DNA of 33,000 nucleotides from Glycera tridactyla (taxonomy: Eukaryota): contig OZ286477.1 in NCBI GenBank assembly GCA_965644265.1, positions 35,650,001 through 35,683,000 on the forward strand. The letters run 5' to 3'. The translations under genes were made by a program, and so were the position numbers. Under the pieces are notes generated by a model, which was given only the letters and a program-made list of their open reading frames with translations, made no database searches and was not told where the DNA came from. Below are positions 1 to 11,040 of this stretch, in pieces. The stretch's first letter is position 1; each line of letters begins with the position of its first letter.

Positions 1-180
1 CCTCGCCCCCCCCCCCCCCCAACACCAACTCGCAATCTGGCATGACCAGTGTAGCGTGTGATGCGGGACAAACTGTAATAGCTATCGCATCGCCCCCCCC
101 CCCCCGCCCGCAGATATCATAGGGAATCACCACTTACTTAGCCGCTCAGATCGCCGATGCGCACCGCAAGTCACGTAGTC

Positions 181-1007
181 ACGGTGGCCGCCATTTTCAA
201 GACCGTAAGTGGACCTGTCAAACTCAATGCCGACACAAGAGAAAGAATGTAATTCTTGAATATTCTCCCATAATCGAGGGTATAGTATCCAAAACATAAT
301 CAGCCTATGAAGCAGTCATATGACCAAAGGTTCTAATGATGGGATTCGAGAAAAAAAGTGCATATCACATTGTTCAATGCAACATTTTTAGCACACGGAT
401 CGCCGATAGTTTGCCGTAAAATCGTATTTTTGCAGTTGAATTTAGTACTGATAAAGTTCACACAAATGAATCAAAATGACATCGGATAATCTGCTGATCA
501 TGGCGATTTCATTTCTGTCTTCGCCTTCATGATCAATTGGATTGTTTCAGAGAAATCCGGCATCAAAAATGAGGGTATTCATTGTGAGATATGGAGCATT
601 CAGAGCAGCGGGACTCGCTATCATAGGAATCCACGGCTGCGTTGGAAGTTAACATCAGTAGTTCACGCCTCTCCTTAATCCCTCCCGCTTGCAGGGCCTA
701 TTCCATTCATCATCTGGTTGCATACAAGATGATAAAGAATCACCCACAGATGTAGTTTCTGTGATCTCCTGAGATCGGATATGCCTATTTAGAACAAGGT
801 TTGTCATGATCGGAAAATGCGGATGTCAGTGGTGATTATGGTGTGAAAACATGCTAGCTTTCATTTGGTTTCTACTGTATGAAAATCGGACATTTATTTT
901 GACAGTTATTGTGACTTCTCTGAAGTCGTGATCAGAAAGTCCTGTTACTGCTATTGGTTTCACCGATCGATGACAGGTGAGCTTGCGGTCACGAAAATGG
1001 CCGCCGT
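181..1007. repeat. Imperfect ~37-40-bp inverted repeat pair (181-220 / 971-1007), possible MITE-like relic
   Basis: 181-220 ACGGTGGCCGCCATTTTCAAGACCGTAAGTGGACCTGTCA matches the reverse complement of 971-1007, ACGGCGGCCATTTTCGTGACCGCAAGCTCACCTGTCA. Both arms contain a GCCATTTT (YY1-like) core. No target-site duplication identified. Confidence 0.5.
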
Positions 1008-1169
1008 TGGTAGCTAAGGAGATTTCCAAAGATGCTCAGCGTGTGTGATGTATGTGTGCGGCAATTTCACAAGGTTCTAATCATGATTACCCGTTCAAAA
1101 TGACTGAAATGGGTGATTTCAACAAGGTATTCGAGAAATATCGCCTTAGTAGATATGTGGATTTCAGAG

Positions 1170-1633
1170 TTAGAAAGGCCTAAGCGCCAAATGAGAAGGG
1201 GATAAGTGACATCAGTTTAAGAATCTTGAGACAATTAGAAGGGGCTAAGCGCCATTGGGCATGTGCTGTCGATTTTGCATGAAGTGGATAATCCATAGCG
1301 CTCAGTTTGGTTGCTTGTGGATATATAGATACATATATTCCATAGACTGGTGTCAATTCATCAAATATCTCGAATCACACATGCCCTTCTGATACTGAAA
1401 TGTTCCGACTACGGCGAGGATTAGAAGGGGCTGAACTCCAATTGATGTATATTTTTCCCGCTCTTCTCACATATTCAAGTATTTCATATGCTATTCAATG
1501 TATTATGATACATTACATACTTCATATCATTTTGAGGGTGGTCCCAGAGTTAGCATGGAAGATATGTCCAAAAAACGTTTTTTTGCGATTCACTCAAAAC
1601 TACTCTGATGGCGCTTAGACCCTTCTAATCGCC
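1170..1633. repeat. Cluster of ~20-bp TTAGAAGGGNCTAAGCGCCA motifs in direct and inverted orientation
   Basis: Direct copies at 1170-1189, 1234-1255 and (degenerate) 1420-1440; inverted copy at 1608-1629 (ATGGCGCTTAGACCCTTCTAAT). Resembles subterminal repeats of a DNA transposon; family not identified. Confidence 0.6.
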
Positions 1634-1687
1634 AAGGGACGATATAGAAGTCTGGCGTGATTTCAATGAGTGTTTAGATTCAATTCG

Positions 1688-1721
1688 CATCATCATCGTC
1701 ATCATCATCATCATTATCATC
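1688..1721. repeat. (CAT)n microsatellite
   Basis: Imperfect CAT repeat visible directly. Confidence 0.85.
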
Positions 1722-1749
1722 GGAGCCTCTTTTCTGGTGATCAGTGAAA

Positions 1750-2940
1750 TTCTGATTGAGAGAATGTTACAGTGACAGATATATTAAGCCATCTGTCTCA
1801 CATGACCAAGAAATGTGAGTCGGATCAGATGTGATGCCTGTAGCTCCTTATGTCTGTTCTGTTTATCTTCTATACATCACAGTCTGCCCTCTGAGGTCCT
1901 ATTGACGATGATGGCCAACACATTTGGGGTGATCAGCGAGTCCCCTCAATATGTCACCTCACAGTCATTGGGTTTCATCATATGAACGATCTCCGGTGTG
2001 TTCTCCATCTGGTCACCACCAAATGAGATACATTTCATAAGGGCCACTACTAGGTCTGTGGACGAAACAATGTATGACAACAACGTGCCTGGTTCTTGTG
2101 AGAGTGATGCCTGCAACGTTCAGTACATCTTGTGCTGCCCAAAAGAGACCCTTATCGTGGATATCTGAATTTCCGTAAGACTCACAGCTATAAGCGGAAG
2201 ATTTACAGAAAGGGTATTGGCGGAAAATCTAGCATTAGTTGTGATAAAATTCGTCATTTGATTCCCCATCCTCCCCATCCTCCTGATGCTCCTCCTCCGC
2301 CTCCTCCTTTATCGTCATGGTCATCGTAAGAATCGTCATCGTCGTTGTCAATGACGTCTACTCAGTTTTACATGCCATTGACATTGTAATCTCGATCCTG
2401 GTCTTCATGGGTCGCAAATTGTTCATCCTCAGAGTCAAGCCCACATATTCTGATGGGAAACTATCAGGGCGGGGGGGGGGCCTTCCGGCTGTTTTCTATT
2501 TACAGCCCCAATTCTGAAGGTCACCATCAAACACATCAAAGTGAATGCAAATAGCAATCACGCAACTAGGTGGAGGCATGTCAACAAAGTAGTTCAGTGC
2601 AGTGCCATCAGTCGTCAAGTGGTGATAAAACAAGCACAAGACAATCCTGATTGCCACAGGAATCCCACAGGGCTTTGTCCTACAAGTTCGAATCATGGAA
2701 CTTCTCTATTTGATCCCTTCACACTTGCATCCTCGTTTCACAATCGGTGGATGGCATGCAACCATCAAGTTCTTCGATTATTCCCGCTTGCTATGAGGTT
2801 TACAAGGTGTATGCTTTGGGAACATCAACATCAACCACCGTGGAGTCAATTCTCAGTTTCAGATAAGCTCAACCTCATTCATTTTCACCGGTATCATGTA
2901 CATGTTCGCATATTTGACTTTCATATTTGCTTCCTGGAAC
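1750..2940 (-). pseudogene. Decayed paralog (unit 8) of the SF2-helicase-like gene family
   Basis: Minus-strand translation gives YANMYMIPVK (cf. DGEFLIPVI at ~21300), VPKAYTL..QAGII..TDCETR (cf. FPQTYITQAGVF..IIDYERR at ~8350-8260) and LVLVLSPLD (cf. LFLYRSPIQ at ~10240). A ~160-codon frame at ~2258-1785 is interrupted only by TGAs. A D/G/E-rich low-complexity stretch lies at 2260-2370. Confidence 0.5.
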
Positions 2941-2993
2941 ATGGGATAAACGTTCGAGTCAAATTGAAACATGTCTCAAATAAAATGGCATGA

Positions 2994-3122
2994 NNNNNNN
3001 NNNNNNNNNNNNNNNNNNNNNNNNNNNNNNNNNNNNNNNNNNNNNNNNNNNNNNNNNNNNNNNNNNNNNNNNNNNNNNNNNNNNNNNNNNNNNNNNNNNN
3101 NNNNNNNNNNNNNNNNNNNNNN
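2994..3122. other. Assembly gap (N run)
   Basis: Ns in sequence. Confidence 1.
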
Positions 3123-3209
3123 CGACCACCAATCCCCCACCACCATAGACATAATTAACCATTTTTTTTTCTCTGGTCATTGGCAAAAACATTCCTCTCT
3201 GATGTCAAC

Positions 3210-5040
3210 AGAAGCGAAAAAACAATTTTTCAACAAAACAGAAATCATGTCCAGTCCAATGTTGCAAACGTTCCTCTCTCTCTTGTAGTTGAATTCGTAT
3301 GAAGACAATAAGTGGAATGACACTTGGTGGTATTTTTTTCATGTTCTCTTCATGCCAATAGCAGCAGGACTGAAACAAAATGAGCTTCCGCTGCATGCCC
3401 AACTTTCATAATAATCCAGAGACTGGTGGCCGTTGTTCCAGTGAGAGTGACGTCACTTCCGTTGCTATCTCAACTTTCCAGTCATCGACTTCCTGTTGTC
3501 ATGCACTAATAGCTTTGGTGTGCAGGTCCATTGGAAATACGATGCTGAATCTCACTCAGCTGCTTGGTTGGTTACCTAAAGATGACACCAAAGGAGCAGC
3601 TGCTCGAACAGATTGAAATCAGGAATGTGCTCGAAATATTATAGACAGTAACGAAGGATGAGGATCTTGAAAAATGTTGATGAGGTGCTTTCACTTGGTC
3701 TTCCGTAGGCTGGCTATCACAATTTGTTGGTGCATTTGCTACGGGGTGGTGGGAGCTTCACCCTGTGATCATGCAAGAAAGTGAGATCTGTGCCATTGTC
3801 TATTCCGAGAATTTGAAGTGTGAATAGGTCAAACTGGAAGCAGTTTCCAGTGAAAATTTCTTGTCAAGCGAGAGAGTGATATGATCATGTAGCTGTCATC
3901 TTACCTTCAAGCCATGTTCCTCATAATAGATCTTTGCAAATATACATCCGTGAATGTTTTCGGCGAAATAAAACATTAGCACTTCAGAATCATCAGCACA
4001 CACTCTAGCCAAGTTCTCATTCACACTTGAGAGGAGTGTCTGATGTAATACAGAGGATGTATTCAGTTGAATCATTATTGAGTGGAGCAGAATGTCATGG
4101 TGCAGGTCCGGTCGTGAATGATGAACTTCGTACATTTCGGTCACACATCCCATCAGATGACCTGCACACAATTTCAAATATTGCTTTTTGCTTGAAAACC
4201 GACTTCACCTAACTTGCTACCGCAGTGATTTGGTGCACAGATTGATGCCTAATTGCATGAGCACAACAAAGAAGTGACAGGTCAGCCCATATAAGGAATT
4301 GGGCTGGTTTCCGGTTACAATAGCTCTTCAATCTCCTGGGGCTTGTACATGTCAGGCCTCTAAGTGAGACATGTCACAAACATATGCTATCATTAGGAAG
4401 ATAACGGGACTACGTGCTGCAAATCAGGACAATTCACTGATAACCAAAGATCCTGGTATTGTGAGACAAGTCTCTTCATGGAGGCTTCTTGAAGAAGGGC
4501 TTCATATATTTTTATTCTGTCAGGGAGTGTATCAATGTTTCATCGACCCTTCTAATAAACAATAAGAAATACAGATACTGACAAATTATACAGTCATTTC
4601 TCAGGCTGATATATGATTAAAATAACATTAGGTACAAAGTGATATATTTCTTCACATGCTGCGCATGTGGAATCATGAGAACACAAGATTAATCAATGAA
4701 CACTCGTTGTTGGTGACACAATCGAAGATCCAGAGGATATTTGCAGATTCTTTCTTGCTTCTCCACAAAAGCAACGTTGAACGAAATGATGGATAAAAAG
4801 GAAGGTAGGAAATATCAGCGGACCATCCAGCAATCACACTCCACCGACGAAGGCTCTGAAAGAAAACATTTCTTCCAAAGGGTTCAACTTCCATTTCCAA
4901 GTCGATCCATATCGACACAATTGTAACGTGAATGAAGGGATAAAATGATGAGAATGTCCAATTGTGGAGGCACCTGGGATGCATGTGAAGGCACATTTGA
5001 TGCATCATATCGACAGGAACATGTTATCGAAATCAGAGTT
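3210..5040 (-). pseudogene. Decayed paralog (unit 7) of the SF2-helicase-like gene family
   Basis: FISPKTFT and KIYYEE (~3970-3920) match MLFPQTYIT and IIDYER. HLINIF..FRAHSRFQSV..SIVFPMDLHTK (~3690-3515) matches HYLSNIH..FERGLITFQGL..YIKFYDECHNK. The nucleotide tract GAAAA(A)TGTTGATGA is shared between ~3670 and ~15540. Confidence 0.5.
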
Positions 5041-5303
5041 CAAAATTAGTTCATTTCACTGCATCCTATCTCTTGTCTAGCTGAGTTTGATGTCTTGCTC
5101 CATATATGATACAATTTATAGATATATGGGAACTCCAACATTCTCCCATGCATGGTTTGAGACGGAATTTCCGTTTAGATATTTCATGAAGATGGGAGAT
5201 ATATATCTTATTTTGATAGTTGTATACTCATGGATACCTGACCAATCTTACAGGCACACACAATGAGCTGTGAATGATTAGGATGGGGAGGAGGGGGAGG
5301 ATA

Positions 5304-5351
5304 AGATGATGATGATGATAATGATGATGATAATGATATTGATGATGATGA
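5304..5351. repeat. (GAT)n microsatellite
   Basis: Imperfect GAT repeat exactly where similarity between units 6 and 4 ends. Confidence 0.85.
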
Positions 5352-5354
5352 GAA

Positions 5355-8300
5355 ATGCTAAATACATACCTGAAAAACTTCTCGTTCACCTAAATAGCTG
5401 CTCAATACAAACAGTCAGTCACCCAGTAGTCTGGGGTCGGATAGGTCGTCACTGCAGAGCCGGCTGAAGGTCAAGTATCTGATTCATGGATGGATGGTCT
5501 TCCGTCTCAGACATCTATGCACTCTCACCATCAACTCATTCTCTCTGAATCAGCAAGATTATGCCACTAAGCACCGAATGAGCTACATCGAGACATCTGA
5601 GCATGTTGGGGATCAAGGTTGATGAATGATGAAGATGGATGAAATCAATTTCAAAATGCTAGGGGGTTGTGAGTGGATAGCCGACCATTTACGGTGAAAT
5701 AGATTTGGTGAATGAATAGAAAATTGTCCTAGATCAAATTAGTGATTTGTTGGATATCTCGATAAATCCTCATATTCATAGATATTCTTATACATCAGAC
5801 ACAGATCAAACACACAATGCTGAGAATGAACGGGAAGATTTTGAAATCTGAAACTCCAATTCAAGGCCGAACATGAGCATCTGATGACAAATTTGGAAAG
5901 TTTCTGGAAAGGAGTTGCCTCTCCGTGATTGGTTGCATTAGTTCATTTAATATGTGCCTGCTCCGATGATGATGATGATGATCCTCTGACAACATAATTA
6001 TGTAGCGTGAATTTCCAATTGAGATCCTTCTTAATGAAAGTCTGAAACAATATATGAACTGGTGAGAGGGCCTACTGAAGCTTGATCCCGAGGGCCCATT
6101 GGGCGAATTGATGATTGCTTGTAAGACAATGAAGGTGCAACTATAGATGTTGTGAATCAGTGTCGGTCTTCAAGAGAAGCGATTCTTAACTCTTGCAATA
6201 TAGTCCCATAAGTAGTTTGCACCTTCGATGATTTTTATGGCAAATAATTGTCATCTCGGTTGCTATCGTCCAGATCCCAGTCAATATGTGCATTAAATCA
6301 CAAAAAGGTAGTTTCTGATTTGATTGAGAGTTAACTCTGGAATCGAATCGGATCTCTGCTCCACAAAAGCATAGACACCAGCCCCGTTGACTTCAGCGGC
6401 TTGATCAAAACAGAAATGTCATTAACTTTGGCCATGCTACATTGGTGCGTAGCTTTCTCATGGGTGTTAATTCTGGACTGATAGATATACCAACCAACTT
6501 CGACAAATCTATTCTCACATTGAAACTCCATACATATGAAGTATGATATTTTTCCGGAACAGCTTCAGGCTCCAATTGGGTGAAGGAAACTAATCCATCA
6601 AATTTTCAGGAAGTCATGAAACCTGTGTTTTTTTGTAAATGAAGATAATAGAGGCATGAGTGTGGTATGTTGTACACCAGATCAATGCAAGTAACTCTTC
6701 AACAACCAATGTATTCAATAGAGAGTGCAATCAGACAAGTATTTCTGAAAATGATAAGTTGACATCAATTGTGAAGGATCTCTTTTCCGTAATCATTTTT
6801 CTCATTCATTCACTTCAAATCCTATATTGAGTTGATATGATCTACCTACAATTCCTTTTCCTTTTTTTAGTTCCTACTTCTATTTTTGTCAACATGGAAA
6901 AATGCCTCCCTTGCCCAATATTGGCTTGGTATGTATTATGTTTTGAGAATAACTGACGGATAAAACGGTCTAAATCATCAGGTCAGGTCTTTGTCGAATG
7001 CTGCAAGCACATCACCAAATATTTCATTTCTTTGTGGTACAACCGTCAGTAGGTAATTTTGTATCTGCATGTAAAAGCACAATACTATTTTCTTCATATG
7101 ATTTAGTTAAACTGCTAGGGATTACCCCAGGCTTGAGCAAACATTTACAGGAATATTAACTTTCACCCTTCATATCGATATTCATATTGGGTGAAAAGTT
7201 CTGCCCTGTATCCATCATCTTGTATATCATGGTCGATGAAGTGAACAAACATCAGGCACGGTCAGAATAAAAACTATTCTCCCCTCTCACATTTATGTTC
7301 TCAGCATCTGAGCATGGCCAACAGCGAAAGCAATCCAATTACTGGATGACTTACATCCGAATGTCATTTGATGTCTTCCATTACTACAATTGTTCCCATC
7401 CAGATATTTCCCAGTATGGTCATCCATTCATCCACTCTACCATTTCATCTGACTGTTCAATGTTTTCACATCTTGTTATGCCCTTTTTATCATTTGACGA
7501 ATGGTCAGACCTACCTAAGCAAGAAAGAGTGCTCGAGAATGACCATGAATGCGGTAGTGAAAGCATCTCGATATAGTCTACCAGTCAGTCGATTGGACCA
7601 TTGAGTCTGATCTCCATTCATGAGTCATATAACCCGCACCCAATAATAGTCAGTCATCCTGCTATGGCTGTGAGATGAATAATACCTGAAACTCTGGGTC
7701 TGTTCTACTTCTCTGATATCAGATAAATTACCATTCACATCCCATCACAAATACCTCTAGGAGACTTATTGTGACACTCATCATAGAATTTGATATAATG
7801 TACACATACTGGTGATCCAGGGATGTCCAACCCCCGAAATGTCATAAGACCTCATTCTATGAGTGATGATGAAACCCTTGTTATGTATGTTTGACAGATG
7901 GTGAGGGGATGAATCATCTGTGTAAACGTCGTGAATTCGGTTCAAGGCTGCCCTTCTGATTCTTAGAAAAACTCAGGAGTGTCCGTGGCCTCAAGTACAT
8001 AATCTGACCTTGATATCCCTCAAAAAAACTTGATCATTGTATTGGTGACCTAAAACAGCTGCTAGAATGCGGGATGAGCGCTTCGGAAGAAAATTCTACA
8101 AGTAGCGAATCATTCCAGCTTACATAAATGGATAGATGAATGAATGAATTGATGGATGAATCATTCAATGGGATAATGAATGAGTAGATAGAATAATGAA
8201 TTACCGTGAAATCGAGCAAGACCTTACTGTAGCTGCATAACATATCTTTGTTTCTCCTTTCATAATCTATAATATCATTCCGAGAGCAGGCATGAGGCCA

Positions 8301-8700
8301 GGCCTGCGCCAAACACACCTGCCTGTGTGATATAGGTTTGAGGAAACAACATCCTTTCTCTGTGATGAATGCTCATTATAGCAACCATCAGAAATTCTCC
8401 ATTGCGTGCATTTGTGCTCTTGATATGGTAACGCGATCTCACCACTCCAGATGAGACCAAGCTGACCGATGTTGTTGAGACGGCAATAACTCTCGATGAG
8501 CCGATGCCTTTTGGAATTGATATGGAAACACGTAGGTGTGTCGGGTGGGCAGTGAACTCGACGAAGGGCCGATAAGTGACGCCGCTTTGACTCGCCCAGC
8601 CTGATTGGATTGCGTAAATTATTGGAATGGCCACCTTTGGTTATTGCTCGACATATGTAGAAGTATGTGACTAAGGGGTTATTCGACAGATATTCTACCC
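5355..8700 (-). pseudogene. Decayed paralog (unit 6), best-preserved helicase motif set
   Basis: NKDMLC (~8250), FRSPIQ (~8045), IKFYDECHN (DECH at 7771-7782), IIHLTAIAG (~7657-7683), IVLLHADTK (~7060-7085), TYQANI (~6918-6935), CQLIIFRNTCLIALSIEYIGCRRVTCIDLVYNIPHS (~6765-6657), YEYEDLSRYPTNH (~5780-5742). Clear nucleotide similarity of 5355-7920 to 11040-14085. Many stops, frameshifts and deletions. Confidence 0.7.
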
Positions 8701-8749
8701 ACAGGATGACTCAAACCAAGATATCACTTGCCAAAAAAATAATCCTACT

Positions 8750-11040
8750 GCATGGTAGGATATTCATTTCATGATGTATGAAAATCACTGAATTTCGATC
8801 TGTATATGTCAACACCTAGCGGACTGCGTCGTCATTCTATCCCATAACATTGGTTATCCCATGATGATAGATCTCTGTGGCAGGGACTTGTGGATTACAT
8901 CTTGTAATGTATAAAGGTGTGAATTGGCTCATGTTTGGTTCTGCATCAGGATAATCTGATTGTCCTGTATAAATCAAAAGAGCTCTTTCTGTAATCTTTT
9001 TGGGATTATCACATATCCACCTGATGAAAGTCAGTTCGAGAACCAGATAGTCAGAGAGACTTTTTCAAATGAACTTCTGTTATGATTGGCTACATGGCTT
9101 GGACTGCCCATATATCTACCACTCGTGTCGATTGATGCATGGATTGATCAGCAATCAGATGTATTCTAATCTTTTTTTTCTCATTCATCAAACACCAATC
9201 AAAGACAAAGAGAATGTGCTCATCAGATTTTTTCTATGTCATCCTATAGCTACCCCAAATGTCTGAATTCACATTTTTTCTCCACCTGGTACAAGGGAAA
9301 CATACTTGCGAGCAACAGAGCATGTCATGTCCTCATGGGCTTATTGTTGAACAGGCTCATAACCGCTTAAATACACCCACGCCTGCTGAGAAAAAGCATT
9401 ACCCTAATGTAGCGTTGACATAACCTACATCATCTGGCTTCTTGTGAGTCATTTGAACTGTCTGATAAGTGACATGTCTTCCCCAAAGAAAAAGGGAAGA
9501 TCATTTCAGCCATAATTATGCTGTCACTCCTGAGAGACGTGTCACAAGTGTCCATGTATTTAGCTTCGTCTCCCCATTAGGAATCCCAAATGATTACGGC
9601 GTTTGTGTATTGCTAGGAATCATAAACCACCCGTCAGCGATAAACAACCAACCATTCAATGTTGATGGATCATATGAAGAATAATATAGAGGAGGGTAAA
9701 ACGATGACAACTCATGGATATGGGAAGTGCTCCATTGCCATTATTACTTGTTTGATTTCATTGATGGGCCAGACCTGTCACCTCCTACAGCATATTCAGT
9801 CTGCCCATCAAATATCCAGGATTCTCTCGGCTAATCAAGGATGGCGCAATGAGCGAGACACTGTTTTCTTTTCTCCCTCCCAAACCACTGCAGAACCCCT
9901 TTCTCCACCATTCCCACTGACCTATGTGAATCATTAAACATTCATTAAACATAGAATCTGACCCAATACTCCTTCTCATCAAATGGGGGTTTTCTGTTTG
10001 ATACATCTCTATTCTCACAAAAGCATTCACAGAGTCATATCACAAGCTAACGTGGTCAGAGAAAAGTGAACACATAATACATGAACATACAGTGAATGGT
10101 ATGATATACATACACAATATTCAACAAGTTTAATTCGTGGTCAGAATGTCAGAAACAAGCATCTGTAGCCTATGACTCGCACGTACTGACATGCTGCCAT
10201 GAATGTGGTCACAATAACAGATGACAGATTGTATGGGGGAGCGGTATAAGAAGAGTGCTCTTTTTTGTGCTATATAAGGGCGCAGATGAGCTAGGGCAGA
10301 TAGTCGGTGATTGATCGTCCTTGGTAAAAATTCCACATGCTTTAGTGATGTTACCTATCTTTGTCACTTATAAAATTCATGGTGTCATCAGTGTGTAGGA
10401 ACTTTTCAGGAAGCAGGATGGGGGCATCTTTCCCCACCTCGGTTTTTTTTTTCATTCAAATACCGCATTCACAAAAAACTCATTGTATTATTGTTCATGT
10501 AACTTCACAGCTGCGAAACATGCAGCAATGAGACATATTACTAATCATTCCCACACCCACATCCACCAATTCGAACGCCAGGCTATCAACTCCCTTTCGG
10601 TCTGAGTTCATCTGTATCTCTTTCTATCAAAAAAAGCAACATTGAGGCCCATTGGGGAAATGTTGCCTGTGGGAGCAATTTATTTTCAGCATTCTCATGC
10701 TCAACATCATGGAGAATAAATAACAATGGCATGCAAACCACACTTGCAGACGGAGCAGCCAATGGAATATAGAAACTGTGAGAGTATAATATAGGGATGC
10801 ACATCAGACAGGCTCCATGTTGGCTGTATATGTGATACCAGTGAGAGTGAAGGTGAGGTGTTAGCGACAGTGATTGCACTGACCATGGCCCGAAAATACA
10901 TCGGCCCACATAACTGGCTGATTGCAAGAGCAAGCATCATTCCGTCTGACACCATACATCAATTGGCATATGACACCCCCATGACCATATCTCTTTATCA
11001 TGTTCTTAATGATGCCCGCGCATCATGGAGACGCTGCAGC
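8750..11040 (-). pseudogene. Decayed, heavily deleted paralog (unit 5), including a Cys-rich segment
   Basis: CQLMYGVRRNDACSCNQPVMWADVFSGHGQCNHCR (~10970-10865). AENKLLP..W (cf. AHRELLP..W at ~8500). ILLPEKF (~10420). EFLPR..LYRSPIQ (10336-10229). MFNDSH at the DECH position (~9940). WPINEIKQ..PYPRVVIVLPSS (cf. GPIDRLVD..PAFMVILDPS). DGWFMIPSN (cf. DEWMTILGN). Confidence 0.6.

Noticed and set aside
2010-2070. SSGPYEMYLIW resembling the flavivirus methyltransferase SRNSTHEMY motif
   Set aside because: Isolated short match. An overlapping frame is the long TGA-only one, and no GCGRGG-type motif is present.
7295-7604. Plus-strand ORFs within the duplicated block
   Set aside because: Substitutions between copies are largely non-synonymous in plus frames and synonymous in the minus frame.
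7000-7790. Endogenous flavivirus NS3 reading: DECH, LTA.AG, MVILDPS and CLFTSSTM..DTGQNFSPNMNID..CLLKPGVI resemble flaviviral motifs II-V
   Set aside because: No QRRGR motif, protease triad, hydrophobic NS4 region or GDD polymerase was found. The unit is repeated as many diverged paralogs, and a fuller RecQ-like series fits. Demoted rather than excluded; a profile search would decide.
8275-8634. Possible viral serine protease (TCFHIN) or intact 119-aa ORF
   Set aside because: Paralog comparison supports other frames here (AHRELLP..W, NGEFL..ERMLFP), and there is no GxSG motif.
10865-10970. Similarity of CQLMYGVRRND..CSC to the hepacivirus NS5A zinc site
   Set aside because: Cys spacing differs, and the segment leads into another helicase-like unit rather than an RdRp.
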